From a virus, in the IMG/VR virus record IMGVR_UViG_3300042879_004946, positions 32,001 through 96,000 of that record: 64,000 nt of DNA; one strand, 5' to 3'. Below the pieces are notes generated by a model, which did not search any database, was not told the DNA's origin, and saw only the letters and a list, made by a program, of their open reading frames with translations. The translations under genes were made by a program, and so were the position numbers. Position 1 is the first letter of the stretch, and every line of letters starts with the position of its first letter. Below, piece after piece: positions 40,526-49,226 of the stretch.

Positions 40526-40572
40526 CGCTTTTTTAGGCTGGAGATGGTTCATAAACGAAAGGTGTTGACAGA
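40471..40572 (+). CRISPR. CRISPR-like mini-array 2: repeat (36) - spacer (30) - repeat (35/36)
   Basis: GCTGGAGATGGTTCATAAACGAAAGGTGTTGACAGC at 40471-40506; spacer TGATGTCGGGCAGTGGTGACGCTTTTTTAG at 40507-40536; repeat at 40537-40572. Confidence 0.8.
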
Positions 40573-40594
40573 TCCAATTATTTAGAGTATAAAT

Positions 40595-40623
40595 AAAAAA
40601 ACCCAGATTAATCTGGGTTTTTT
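40595..40623. terminator. Bidirectional intrinsic terminator
   Basis: A-tract, ACCCAGAT-TA-ATCTGGGT, T-tract, between convergent genes and just after array 2. Confidence 0.8.
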
Positions 40624-40642
40624 CTTTTAATATTAAAAATTT

Positions 40643-41062
40643 TTAAGCGTAATATTTTCCTTTTGACATCGCATCTTCACGCTTTTTCATGTAATCCATT
40701 TTCTTTTTCTTCATGTAATCCATTTGTTGCATTTTGTTTCTTTGTTGAACAAACTTAGCAATTTTTTCTTTGGAATCCAACAACTTATTTTGAAGTGCTA
40801 AAAACTGCCTTCTCATACCATCAATATCTTTGGCAAAACCATCATTACCTGTAACTTGTTGACATAAATCACCGAATTTCTGACCAGCCCCACTAACCAT
40901 TTGAATGATATCTTCTACGGAAGATAATTCACCATTATTTGTTTGTAACAACTCAATACTTTTTTCTTCTTTTGGTTTTGGCATCGATTGTTCTTCCTCA
41001 CGAATAATTTTTTTAACCAACTTTTCAATATCGTTTTCATTTAATTTAATTATATTTTTCAT
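40643..41062 (-). CDS. Hypothetical protein with MKNIIKLNENDIEKLVKKIIREE leader
   Basis: ATG at 41062 follows the late motif at 41078-41086; the longer track start overlaps the divergent gene. Confidence 0.75.
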   Translation of the reverse strand: MKNIIKLNENDIEKLVKKIIREEEQSMPKPKEEKSIELLQTNNGELSSVEDIIQMVSGAGQKFGDLCQQVTGNDGFAKDIDGMRRQFLALQNKLLDSKEKIAKFVQQRNKMQQMDYMKKKKMDYMKKREDAMSKGKYYA

Positions 41063-41102
41063 ATTAATGTTTTTTATATAAATATCAACAAAAGAAATAA
41101 AA

Positions 41103-41133
41103 TTGACAATTTCAGATAAAATTTGTAATTTTG
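41103..41133 (+). promoter_or_regulatory. Putative early promoter TTGACA-N17-TAATTTTG
   Basis: Canonical -35 plus a Bacteroidota-type TAnnTTTG box. Confidence 0.5.
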
Positions 41134-41150
41134 TTTTATAAGTAAAAAAA

Positions 41151-41891
41151 ATGGCAAAAAAGAAAGATATCAAAATTCAAAACCCCAAATTTACAATTGA
41201 TTTAATTGAAATTTTGGCCGAAAATGACCCAACAGATAGCAACAAATACTTACCTTTTATGGTTAAACAGGCAGAAAGTTGGGTTGATTGGTTGATAAAT
41301 GAACTTAAAAATAACACTTTTAAAGACATGTTTGAAACTATAAGAGATTTTGAAGATATGTCTGCCAAAAATTTAATCAGCAACAAAGACATCTATTCTT
41401 ATAACAACAACCAAGAAATTGTTGATTCTATAAAAATGGCAAAAGAAAAAATCACCAAAAGTCAAGTAAAAAAGAATGAAACCATAATACTACATGAAGA
41501 TGACCGTTATTTGGTTTTACAACCATTAACCAGCAGAAGCTCTAACTTATATGGAAAAGCAACTAAATGGTGTGTTTCATCAGAACAAAATGATTTTAAA
41601 AAATATTTTAACCAATATATAGATTCAGGTTCTCTTGTTTTTTTTATCGATAAATCAGTTAAAGAAGAAGAGACAAGAAATGAAACACTTTCAAAAATTG
41701 CATTCCACAGAGATAACGTAAAAGGTTTAACCGTTTGGGACACCAAAGATGTTCAATTAAATGCTGAAACCATACTTGGCTTATCGGAAATAATTCCAAC
41801 AGACATATTAAGTATTATTATGAAAGCAACTAAAGATAAAACTAATAGAGAGTTGGCCGAAGAAAAAGGCATCAAAAAAGAAACTTTTTAA
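41151..41891 (+). CDS. Hypothetical protein, paralogous to the N-terminal part of 61063-63852 (PcfJ-like?)
   Basis: Shared DP..NKYL.F.VK and S..YG..TKWC motifs. Confidence 0.7.
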   Translation: MAKKKDIKIQNPKFTIDLIEILAENDPTDSNKYLPFMVKQAESWVDWLINELKNNTFKDMFETIRDFEDMSAKNLISNKDIYSYNNNQEIVDSIKMAKEKITKSQVKKNETIILHEDDRYLVLQPLTSRSSNLYGKATKWCVSSEQNDFKKYFNQYIDSGSLVFFIDKSVKEEETRNETLSKIAFHRDNVKGLTVWDTKDVQLNAETILGLSEIIPTDILSIIMKATKDKTNRELAEEKGIKKETF

Positions 41892-41902
41892 CAAAAATTA
41901 AA

Positions 41903-42166
41903 ATGGAGTTTAAAACACTAAAAGAACAATATATTGATTTGGTAACTGAAAAAGTATCCATTAATAAAGAAGATCTTACAGAAACCGAATCCGCCATAAT
42001 CGATATTGGTTACAATTTGTTGGTTGAAAAATTGGAAGATATAAAAATTCTAAAAGATGAACTTCGTAGAATTTCCATTGATTTGGCTAACATGAAAGTT
42101 TTTAATGCAGATGTTAAAAATAAATATTGTGATGATTCCGATATCTTAGATGAAGATTGTTTTTAA
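41903..42166 (+). CDS. Hypothetical protein
   Basis: 87-aa ORF. Confidence 0.7.
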   Translation: MEFKTLKEQYIDLVTEKVSINKEDLTETESAIIDIGYNLLVEKLEDIKILKDELRRISIDLANMKVFNADVKNKYCDDSDILDEDCF

Positions 42167-42843
42167 ACAATTTGACTTAAAAACTTCCTAATGGAACGAC
42201 GAATGACACCTTTCTCAATATTAGGAAAATTCTCTTGTAATTCAATAAATAATTTATTTGTTAAATAACTTTTATTACCTTCGATGAAATAAGGTTTTTC
42301 ATCTACAACAATATAGGGTTTATTATCATAGATATCTGGGATTGTTAATCTATTGATTTCATAATTATCCTCCAAATAAGAAATAATTGGATCTTCGACC
42401 CTAAAAGGATCTCTTCTGGTAAGTTCAAAAGCCCAATCATATTCTTCAGATTCTTTTAAAAATGTTGTTTTAAAAAAAGGTTCTAAAACTTTTATAAGAT
42501 GTAAATATTCGTCAGAAATTTGCATATTTGTTGCTGTTCTCGCAACGTGCTCAAGTTCACTTTTAATATTTTTAATATTGAAATCTCTTGCAAACCAAGT
42601 TTCATATGTTCCAAGATTATCACGAATATGATACATATCTTGTTCAGGGAAGTCTTCATCTCTATCAACATCAACAATAAATTTGGATCCTATAAGTGGT
42701 TTTTTATCTTTTAAAAATTTATTTAACTCTGAATAAAGTAATTCTGCCTCACTTTTTGGGTTATCTTGGTAATATTTTATTATATGATAAACCCAATCAT
42801 ATTCTTCAGATTCTTTTAATATTTTACGGATTAAATTTTTCAT
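42163..42843 (-). CDS. Hypothetical two-module protein with MKNLIRKILKE leader
   Basis: LKESEEYDW occurs twice; late motif at 42849-42857. Confidence 0.75.
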   Translation of the reverse strand: MKNLIRKILKESEEYDWVYHIIKYYQDNPKSEAELLYSELNKFLKDKKPLIGSKFIVDVDRDEDFPEQDMYHIRDNLGTYETWFARDFNIKNIKSELEHVARTATNMQISDEYLHLIKVLEPFFKTTFLKESEEYDWAFELTRRDPFRVEDPIISYLEDNYEINRLTIPDIYDNKPYIVVDEKPYFIEGNKSYLTNKLFIELQENFPNIEKGVIRRSIRKFLSQIV

Positions 42844-42858
42844 ATAATATAAATATCC

Positions 42859-44574
42859 TTAAAAATTGATTTCGTATTTAAATAAACCACAATCCCATAT
42901 CCTGTCATAACCCAAAAGTTTAACCATTTCCCACTCAGTTAATGAATTATCGAATCCATATTTTTGTATTATTTTTTTCTTACTCAATCTGAATTTATGG
43001 AATCTATCATTAGTATTAGTTCTTTTAAAATAAAAATAACTTTGCTTACTATTACCAATATAACTAAAACCTATTTTAGTATATAAATTATCTTGATGTG
43101 ATAAAGTCCATCTTCTATCGGCGAAACTTATTATTTTTTTAGGGTTATAATCATTTATAAATTTTTTCATCATTTTACTACCTAAACCACTTATTTTATA
43201 TTGTTTACTAGTAGCAAACCTGTTTAATACAAAAACATCACTGCTATTTTTGGCATTATTCATTCCTCTGTTATTTGAAAATGACATAACACCTACTAAA
43301 ACGTCACCATAAAAAGCTCCATAATTGATGGGTGATAAATCCTCTCCTTGTATATGATTTTCATTTAAAAAATCACATTTTAAATGGAAATCAATTTTCA
43401 TAACATTGCATTTTCTGGCACCTATTTTAATACCGTCAGACTTTTTAAGTAGATTTTTTAATTTTTCTTTTACTATTTCTTTTTTTAATATCCATTCATC
43501 GGAAAAAATATGTATTAAACCATATCCAGCAAAATTCATTAATAAAGTTTTATTTAAATGATAATTTAAATCTTTATGACCAAAATCTTCAGAGTGCCAT
43601 AAAACACCATTATATTCTATACCTATTTTTAATTCAGGTATTAAAATATCAATTTCCACACCTTTTAAAACAGTTCTATCATTAGTTATAATTTGTAAAT
43701 CTAAGCTTTTTATGAAATCAATAATTTCTTTTTCTTCCTTTGATGATTTATTAAAAGTTTTAGTTTGATTAATTATTTTACAATTTTCACTTAAAAAATT
43801 TGATATTGTTTTTGAAACTATTTTTGGTGTACCATATAATTCATTATATTTTTTCATTGTAATACCATGTTTATTTTTAAGATGAGTATTAGTTATTACA
43901 CCAAACTTTTCACCACAAATCTCACATATTACATGATTCGATTTATCATTTAAAAAATTTAATCTTTTAACTTTTTTTTCGTGTGTTGGGTGGTATACAA
44001 TGTCTTCAGGGTATTCATTTAGATATTCTTCTAAGGTTTTACTGTGTTCTTTTTTTAAATGATTTTCATAATAACCACTTTTATTGTTAATATCTATTGT
44101 TTCCCATGTACAGTATCTACATTTTCTTGTTGCCACATGTTCTAATGGTATTTCTTTTAAATCAAAAAATATTTCATGCCAATACTTACCTGTGGTTTTA
44201 AATAACATACTTCTTTTATATTGCGAAGGTATTTCTATATCACCTATTATTTGTTTAATATGTGTAAATAATACGCCCGATTTATTTGAATAATCATTAA
44301 ATACCTTACCAGTAGATTTACATATTGCTATTATTTTTTTACCATTTTCTAATAAATTTTTATTAACAACATTTTGTGTTATAATGATATCACCGTATTT
44401 TTTTTGACCACCTTTTTTATTTATTTCAATACCGTTTGACTTTAGTACGTCACTTATTTTTTTATGACCTACTGAAAATATTTTAGCTAACTTATGTGTA
44501 CTAGAAACATTACCGCTTGTATATAAATTTATTATTTTATTGATCTCTGATTGTGTTAATTTTTTTATTTTCAT
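42859..44574 (-). CDS. Hef-like putative homing endonuclease: Zn fingers, PD-(D/E)XK nuclease, GNAT/Mom-like C-terminus
   Basis: CRYC..HLKKEH, CEICG..HLKNKH, EIDILIPELKIGIEYNGVLWH, LNRFA..GLGSK..SFADRRW..LYTKIGF; free-standing, next to the capsid gene. Confidence 0.65.
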   Translation of the reverse strand: MKIKKLTQSEINKIINLYTSGNVSSTHKLAKIFSVGHKKISDVLKSNGIEINKKGGQKKYGDIIITQNVVNKNLLENGKKIIAICKSTGKVFNDYSNKSGVLFTHIKQIIGDIEIPSQYKRSMLFKTTGKYWHEIFFDLKEIPLEHVATRKCRYCTWETIDINNKSGYYENHLKKEHSKTLEEYLNEYPEDIVYHPTHEKKVKRLNFLNDKSNHVICEICGEKFGVITNTHLKNKHGITMKKYNELYGTPKIVSKTISNFLSENCKIINQTKTFNKSSKEEKEIIDFIKSLDLQIITNDRTVLKGVEIDILIPELKIGIEYNGVLWHSEDFGHKDLNYHLNKTLLMNFAGYGLIHIFSDEWILKKEIVKEKLKNLLKKSDGIKIGARKCNVMKIDFHLKCDFLNENHIQGEDLSPINYGAFYGDVLVGVMSFSNNRGMNNAKNSSDVFVLNRFATSKQYKISGLGSKMMKKFINDYNPKKIISFADRRWTLSHQDNLYTKIGFSYIGNSKQSYFYFKRTNTNDRFHKFRLSKKKIIQKYGFDNSLTEWEMVKLLGYDRIWDCGLFKYEINF

Positions 44575-44577
44575 GAT

Positions 44578-44684
44578 GGATTAAAGTTAAATGGTTTATT
44601 AATATAAATATAATAATAACGGATTAAAGTTAAATGGTTTATTAATATAAATATAATAATAACGGATTAAATTTAAATGGTTTA
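44578..44684. repeat. 43-bp tandem duplication (two full copies plus a partial)
   Basis: GGATTAAAGTTAAATGGTTTATTAATATAAATATAATAATAAC at 44578 and 44621; partial copy at 44664. Confidence 0.9.
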
Positions 44685-44714
44685 ACAAAAAATAAAAAAA
44701 ATATTTAAGACAAT

Positions 44715-44743
44715 AAAAAAAGGGGGTAAAAACCCCCTTTTTT
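44715..44743 (-). terminator. Intrinsic terminator after the major capsid gene
   Basis: A-tract, GGGGGT-AAAA-ACCCCC, T-tract. Confidence 0.8.
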
Positions 44744-44768
44744 ATATAAAATATAACTATTTTAATTA

Positions 44769-46541
44769 TTAACGTAATTCTCTAACGTCAAATGTACGTA
44801 AACCGTCAACACGAATATGCCCATAAAAGCGGTTATTCACGAACTTTTTCGCATATCTCGTCATTATCCCCTTTACGGGTACGAAGTTAAACGGGTTATA
44901 CATTGTTGGTGTCAACTGCATCGGTACGTATGGAGCGTAGATGTAACCAGTGTCTAACAATGACTTACCTTTATGACCAATAATGATAGAGTAAGCTGGA
45001 GCGTAAGGGTCACGGTAAACTTGGTAACGTCCACCTAATGCACCGATTCTCTCGATACCCATGTTATACTGATCTTGCTCAGGAGAAGCGTTAGATACGT
45101 GGAAATATTCTAAGTCATCGAATACTGCTGATACCTCAGAAGATACAACGATGAAATTAGCACCACCACGAAGGGTTGACTTATGGATTTGAGCTGAGAT
45201 TTGGTTGATAGCGGTAATCAACGTTTGGTTCCAATCTTTTTGAGTGTAACCATTGTTGTTAGGTAGACGCTTCCATCCGTTGTAATCCCAACGTAATTGC
45301 CATGCTGCACCTTTTCTTAAGTCGATAAGGATTTCACGGTCAATTTCAGCTGCAACTTGTTCTGACAACAATGCTGTCAATTCAGCTTCAGCATCGATGT
45401 TGTGGAATGCACTAACGTCTTGTGCTAATTCAGGTGTCCAAGTAGCTCTCAACTTTCTTTCAGTCACAGAAACTGTTACAGAATCAAGTTCAAAACTTAC
45501 TTCAGCAAGTGCTGATTCAGCTTCAAGGTCAGCGTACTGTCTCCAGAACACTAATGTGTTAGCTCCACCAATTGTAGTACCAGTGTAGTTAGCACCGATG
45601 TAACCATCAAAAGTGTTTTCAGAACATGTAATACAAGTTGGAGTTGTTAGATCTAATTCGATGTAAAGGTTTCCACTAGGAGAACAAATATCACCGTAGT
45701 TAACGATACCTGTACCGTATTTTTGCGTTACCACGCGGAAAGGAATTGAATCGCCAACGTTAAAGATTACCCTTCCTGCTGAAGTAGAAATTGTAGCGGT
45801 AGCAACAACAGTTAAAGATGCCAAGAAAGCTTCAGTATCCATTTCATTACCATCTGGGCCAGAAAGACGACCAGGTGTTGTAGTGTTAAATCCTGTTACT
45901 TGAAGAACTTGGTAACGTAATGAACCATCAGAAGATGCTGGAGTTTTACCTGCCGCCCATTCAGAACCTGAAGTACAAGCGGTCAACACATATCCAGTAC
46001 CTGTAACTGCTTTCAAAGTGATTTGACCTTTTGATTGATCAAACAAACCATCGTTGTAGAATCTATCGTAAAGATTTTTAGCACAAGATGAGAAAGTAGC
46101 TGCAGATGCACAGTTAACACAAGTTGCGATTGGCATTTGAGGGTTACTAGAAGTACCACCGTTAGTGTTACTTGCAAAACCACCCGCATCAATTCTGTCA
46201 GAAGTTTTAGGTACGAAGTAGAACAATTTACCGATTGGTAGGTTCAAAGCTTGTACAGATACGATGTCATTCGCTAACAATTTAGAGAATACACGTCTTA
46301 CGATTGGGAAAACTACAGTTTCGAAAGAACCAGTAGATTGGCCACCAGTAGCTTCAGTAGTTTCGTTAATAAGAGCGCTAGCACTGTTTTCGTATAGAAG
46401 AGCAATGTTCTCTTTAATGTGGCCTTCAAGGCCTTCCAAGAATCCTAAAGATTCCCATTTGTTGATAGTTGCTTCACGGACTGCTTTTTGATGTTTAAGC
46501 CCGATATTACCAACTTCACCTGATTTTAATAAATATCCCAT
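44769..46541 (-). CDS. gp23: Major capsid protein (T4 gp23-like)
   Basis: VFPIVRR, RKLRATWTPELAQD..H.IDAEAEL..L, GAN, YAPYVP, GIMTRY. Confidence 0.95.
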   Translation of the reverse strand: MGYLLKSGEVGNIGLKHQKAVREATINKWESLGFLEGLEGHIKENIALLYENSASALINETTEATGGQSTGSFETVVFPIVRRVFSKLLANDIVSVQALNLPIGKLFYFVPKTSDRIDAGGFASNTNGGTSSNPQMPIATCVNCASAATFSSCAKNLYDRFYNDGLFDQSKGQITLKAVTGTGYVLTACTSGSEWAAGKTPASSDGSLRYQVLQVTGFNTTTPGRLSGPDGNEMDTEAFLASLTVVATATISTSAGRVIFNVGDSIPFRVVTQKYGTGIVNYGDICSPSGNLYIELDLTTPTCITCSENTFDGYIGANYTGTTIGGANTLVFWRQYADLEAESALAEVSFELDSVTVSVTERKLRATWTPELAQDVSAFHNIDAEAELTALLSEQVAAEIDREILIDLRKGAAWQLRWDYNGWKRLPNNNGYTQKDWNQTLITAINQISAQIHKSTLRGGANFIVVSSEVSAVFDDLEYFHVSNASPEQDQYNMGIERIGALGGRYQVYRDPYAPAYSIIIGHKGKSLLDTGYIYAPYVPMQLTPTMYNPFNFVPVKGIMTRYAKKFVNNRFYGHIRVDGLRTFDVRELR

Positions 46542-46575
46542 TTTAGTTGTTTTTTGGATTTGTTATTTGTTATTA

Positions 46576-48129
46576 TTATTTTTTGTAACCGTATTCCCAA
46601 AGTTTTTTCATGTTTTGTAACTCTGGATGTACAAAAACTGTTTGTTCACTAATTTGAACTGATCCACTAGAAGCAGTTTTATTAAGTTTTTCCTCAACAG
46701 ATTCTTTAATTGTAGGTTTTGAATTAGTAAATTCTTTAACAAGTTGTTTATAGATTGATTGAGATTCTTTTAAAGATTTTGCCTCATCTAATCTTTTTAA
46801 AATTTCTTGTTTTTCCTCTTTTGTTGTACTTTGTTCAGTAAATAATCTAACTGCGTAAGTAAGATTGCTGTTGAAAACTGCTACTTCTTGAAGTTTATTT
46901 CTGAATTGTTTTAATGCGTCAACCATTTTTTCTTGGTTAGCTTTTAATTCTTCATTTTCACTTCTAAGAGTTGAAACAGATTCACTTAGATTTGTGTTTT
47001 CGTTGATGAGTTTGGAGATTTGTGGATTTTTAGATTCACCCATATAAGTTGAATTACCCATTCTTGCTATTGCGTTAGGGTTGGTTCTATTACCTACACG
47101 ATATCTACCTTTTGTAGATTTTGTTCTACTTGCGTAATCTTCATCACTATGCCTCATGTAAGAAGACATTTCATCTTCGTTACCTTTTTTACGAGCCGCT
47201 ATAACATCACCCATAGTAACTTTATTTTTGTCCCCATACATAGAGGCAAGTTCTTGGTTTGTATTATATTTTTTACGTTTCATATACATTGGCATTGACA
47301 TTTTACGTTCATTAGAATTCATATCCATATAGTCTTCATCCATATAGTCTTCATCCATATAGTCTTCATCCATATAGTCTTCATCCATATAGTCTTCATC
47401 CATATAGTCTTCATCCATATAGTCTTCATCCATATAGTCTTCATCCATATAGTCTTCATCAACTACAATTTCATATATAACTTGATTGGATTCACTTAAA
47501 CCTTCTTCCATAGATGACATTTCAACATCACCTACTTCACCGGTTCTAGTATTAAGTTCAATTCTATACTCAGATCCTGACTTATTATCTTTCAAGGTAA
47601 CCATACCATTATCGTTAACAACTTCGATTTCATCTTCTGGTCCCATTTTTTTGAAAACAGAGATTACATCAGCGTCGGAACTATCTGTAAGGTCGACAGT
47701 ATCCATTGGTTCCATCATTCCTACATCTTCGGTTTCGTCACCTAAATCAAGGTCCATATCCATATCTTCCATATCTTCATCTTCTTCAGATTCCATGTCT
47801 TCCATATCAAGATCCATGTCCATGTCCTCGTCATCACCTTCTTCTGCGCCCATGTCTAAATCCAAATCCATTTCTTCTTCACCTTCTTCGGTATCCAAAT
47901 CCATTTCTTCTTCATTGTCATCGTCAGAATCAAGTTCTAAGTCAATTTCCTCCTCTTCATCTTCCTTCAAACCCTTTTTTGAACCTGTAAGAGATTCCTT
48001 TACCATTTCTTCAATTTCTGAACTCATAGTGTGAGCCAGTATTTCTTTTGCGTTTGATTTGAAAGCGGCGTCGATTTTTTCTGCCTCTAGAAGAGCTTCT
48101 TCAATAATTGATTTTTTTTCGTTTGCCAT
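46576..48129 (-). CDS. Prohead core/scaffold protein (gp22 position), very acidic
   Basis: Directly upstream of the capsid gene; Asp/Glu/Met-rich with a coiled coil; many L/I-x-E sites. Confidence 0.75.
   Translation of the reverse strand: MANEKKSIIEEALLEAEKIDAAFKSNAKEILAHTMSSEIEEMVKESLTGSKKGLKEDEEEEIDLELDSDDDNEEEMDLDTEEGEEEMDLDLDMGAEEGDDEDMDMDLDMEDMESEEDEDMEDMDMDLDLGDETEDVGMMEPMDTVDLTDSSDADVISVFKKMGPEDEIEVVNDNGMVTLKDNKSGSEYRIELNTRTGEVGDVEMSSMEEGLSESNQVIYEIVVDEDYMDEDYMDEDYMDEDYMDEDYMDEDYMDEDYMDEDYMDEDYMDMNSNERKMSMPMYMKRKKYNTNQELASMYGDKNKVTMGDVIAARKKGNEDEMSSYMRHSDEDYASRTKSTKGRYRVGNRTNPNAIARMGNSTYMGESKNPQISKLINENTNLSESVSTLRSENEELKANQEKMVDALKQFRNKLQEVAVFNSNLTYAVRLFTEQSTTKEEKQEILKRLDEAKSLKESQSIYKQLVKEFTNSKPTIKESVEEKLNKTASSGSVQISEQTVFVHPELQNMKKLWEYGYKK
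47323..47460. repeat. Perfect 15-bp tandem repeat x9, encoding (EDYMD)9
   Basis: ATCCATATAGTCTTC repeated nine times without mismatch. Confidence 0.95.
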
Positions 48130-48161
48130 TTCAATTTTTTTTATTATTGTAATTAATTATT

Positions 48162-48182
48162 TCTGGCACAAAAAGTGCCAGA
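48162..48182 (-). promoter_or_regulatory. Stem-loop in the 5' UTR of the scaffold/capsid transcript
   Basis: TCTGGCAC-AAAAA-GTGCCAGA between the late motif (48190-48197) and the ATG at 48129. Confidence 0.45.
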
Positions 48183-48274
48183 TTTACAAATAAATAGTCT
48201 CAAAAAATGAAAAAAATTAATAAGTCAATATTTTTTTAATTTTTTTTTAAAAAAATATTGTATATTTATTAATA

Positions 48275-48751
48275 ATGAAAGCAATAATTAAAAAAATACT
48301 TAGAGAATACGTTGAAAATAATCTTAGAAATGATGATTTTATGCGAAAAATTGATTATGCACAAAAAAAAGCAATAATCGATTCCGAATATCCAACAGAG
48401 ACAAAAGAAATTAAAAAAATAGAAAAAGATATAAAAAATAAAGTAGAAAGGGCCTACAAAGATGTAACGGGTGAAGAACCTGAGAGTGTGGATAACATTG
48501 TTGTTAAAGTTGATGATACAATGCCACCAGAAAAAATTGGTTCATTTAAACATCCTAAAAACAAAAAAGACATCGGATTGATGAAAATTCATCCCGATGC
48601 CTTAAATGACAAAAACTATGTTAAAGATATTTTAAAACATGAGTTGATACATGCGGCTCATGGTTTGGAAGATACCACGGCAAGAAACCATGGGGGTGTT
48701 TTTCAAAAAGTTGCAGATAAAGTTGGATTGCCCAAAAAATATCGTCACTAG
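48275..48751 (+). CDS. SprT-like zinc metalloprotease with KILRE leader
   Basis: HELIH..HGGVF; late motif at 48262. Confidence 0.75.
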   Translation: MKAIIKKILREYVENNLRNDDFMRKIDYAQKKAIIDSEYPTETKEIKKIEKDIKNKVERAYKDVTGEEPESVDNIVVKVDDTMPPEKIGSFKHPKNKKDIGLMKIHPDALNDKNYVKDILKHELIHAAHGLEDTTARNHGGVFQKVADKVGLPKKYRH

Positions 48752-48754
48752 ATT

Positions 48755-48988
48755 TTATTTCACATCAGTTACTTCAATAACATCTTCAATTGGACTTTTA
48801 CTGGTACTAACAATTTCATAATCCATAACTGAATCTTTCAAGTAAGTTCTTGCACGTGCTTCAGCCTCAGTACAAGACATTGCATCTACCAAATATTGGG
48901 TTTTAATTTTTTTAGGTTTACCATTATTTTCATTAATGGTTTCGAATTCTACTTTTACTAAGTAGTACTTTGTTGTCATTTCATTCAT
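48755..48988 (-). CDS. DUF4494-like protein
   Basis: GK.KK....YLVDA.S.TEAEAR signature. Confidence 0.7.
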   Translation of the reverse strand: MNEMTTKYYLVKVEFETINENNGKPKKIKTQYLVDAMSCTEAEARARTYLKDSVMDYEIVSTSKSPIEDVIEVTDVK

Positions 48989-49060
48989 AACTATATTTTT
49001 TTTATAAAATAATAATAAAAAAAATAAGTAAATATGTCAACCAATTTGATTTTTTTTTAT

Positions 49061-49226
49061 GTTGTCAACACCTTTCGTTTATGGGTCATCTCCAGCGCAC
49101 AAGGCCAGGGGGCTCATCGCCCCTTGCTGTAAACACCTTTCGTTTATGGGTCATTTCCAGCGGTAAATTATGCCAGACTTATTGGTGTAAGCTGACAATA
49201 CCTTTCGTTTATGGGTCATTTCCAGC
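49061..49226 (-). CRISPR. CRISPR-like mini-array 3: three 36-nt repeats, two 29-nt spacers
   Basis: Repeats at 49191-49226, 49126-49161 and 49061-49096; spacers (minus strand) TTACACCAATAAGTCTGGCATAATTTACC and AAGGGGCGATGAGCCCCCTGGCCTTGTGC. Confidence 0.85.

Noticed and set aside
44578-44684. 43-bp repeat as a CRISPR array
   Set aside because: The units are contiguous with no unique spacers
47323-47460. 15-bp repeat as a CRISPR array or replication iterons
   Set aside because: It is an in-frame coding minisatellite without spacers
47486-48034. Ser-rich antisense ORFs here and at 53499-53912, 52683-53222 and similar places
   Set aside because: They are shadows of low-complexity or AT-biased real genes on the opposite strand
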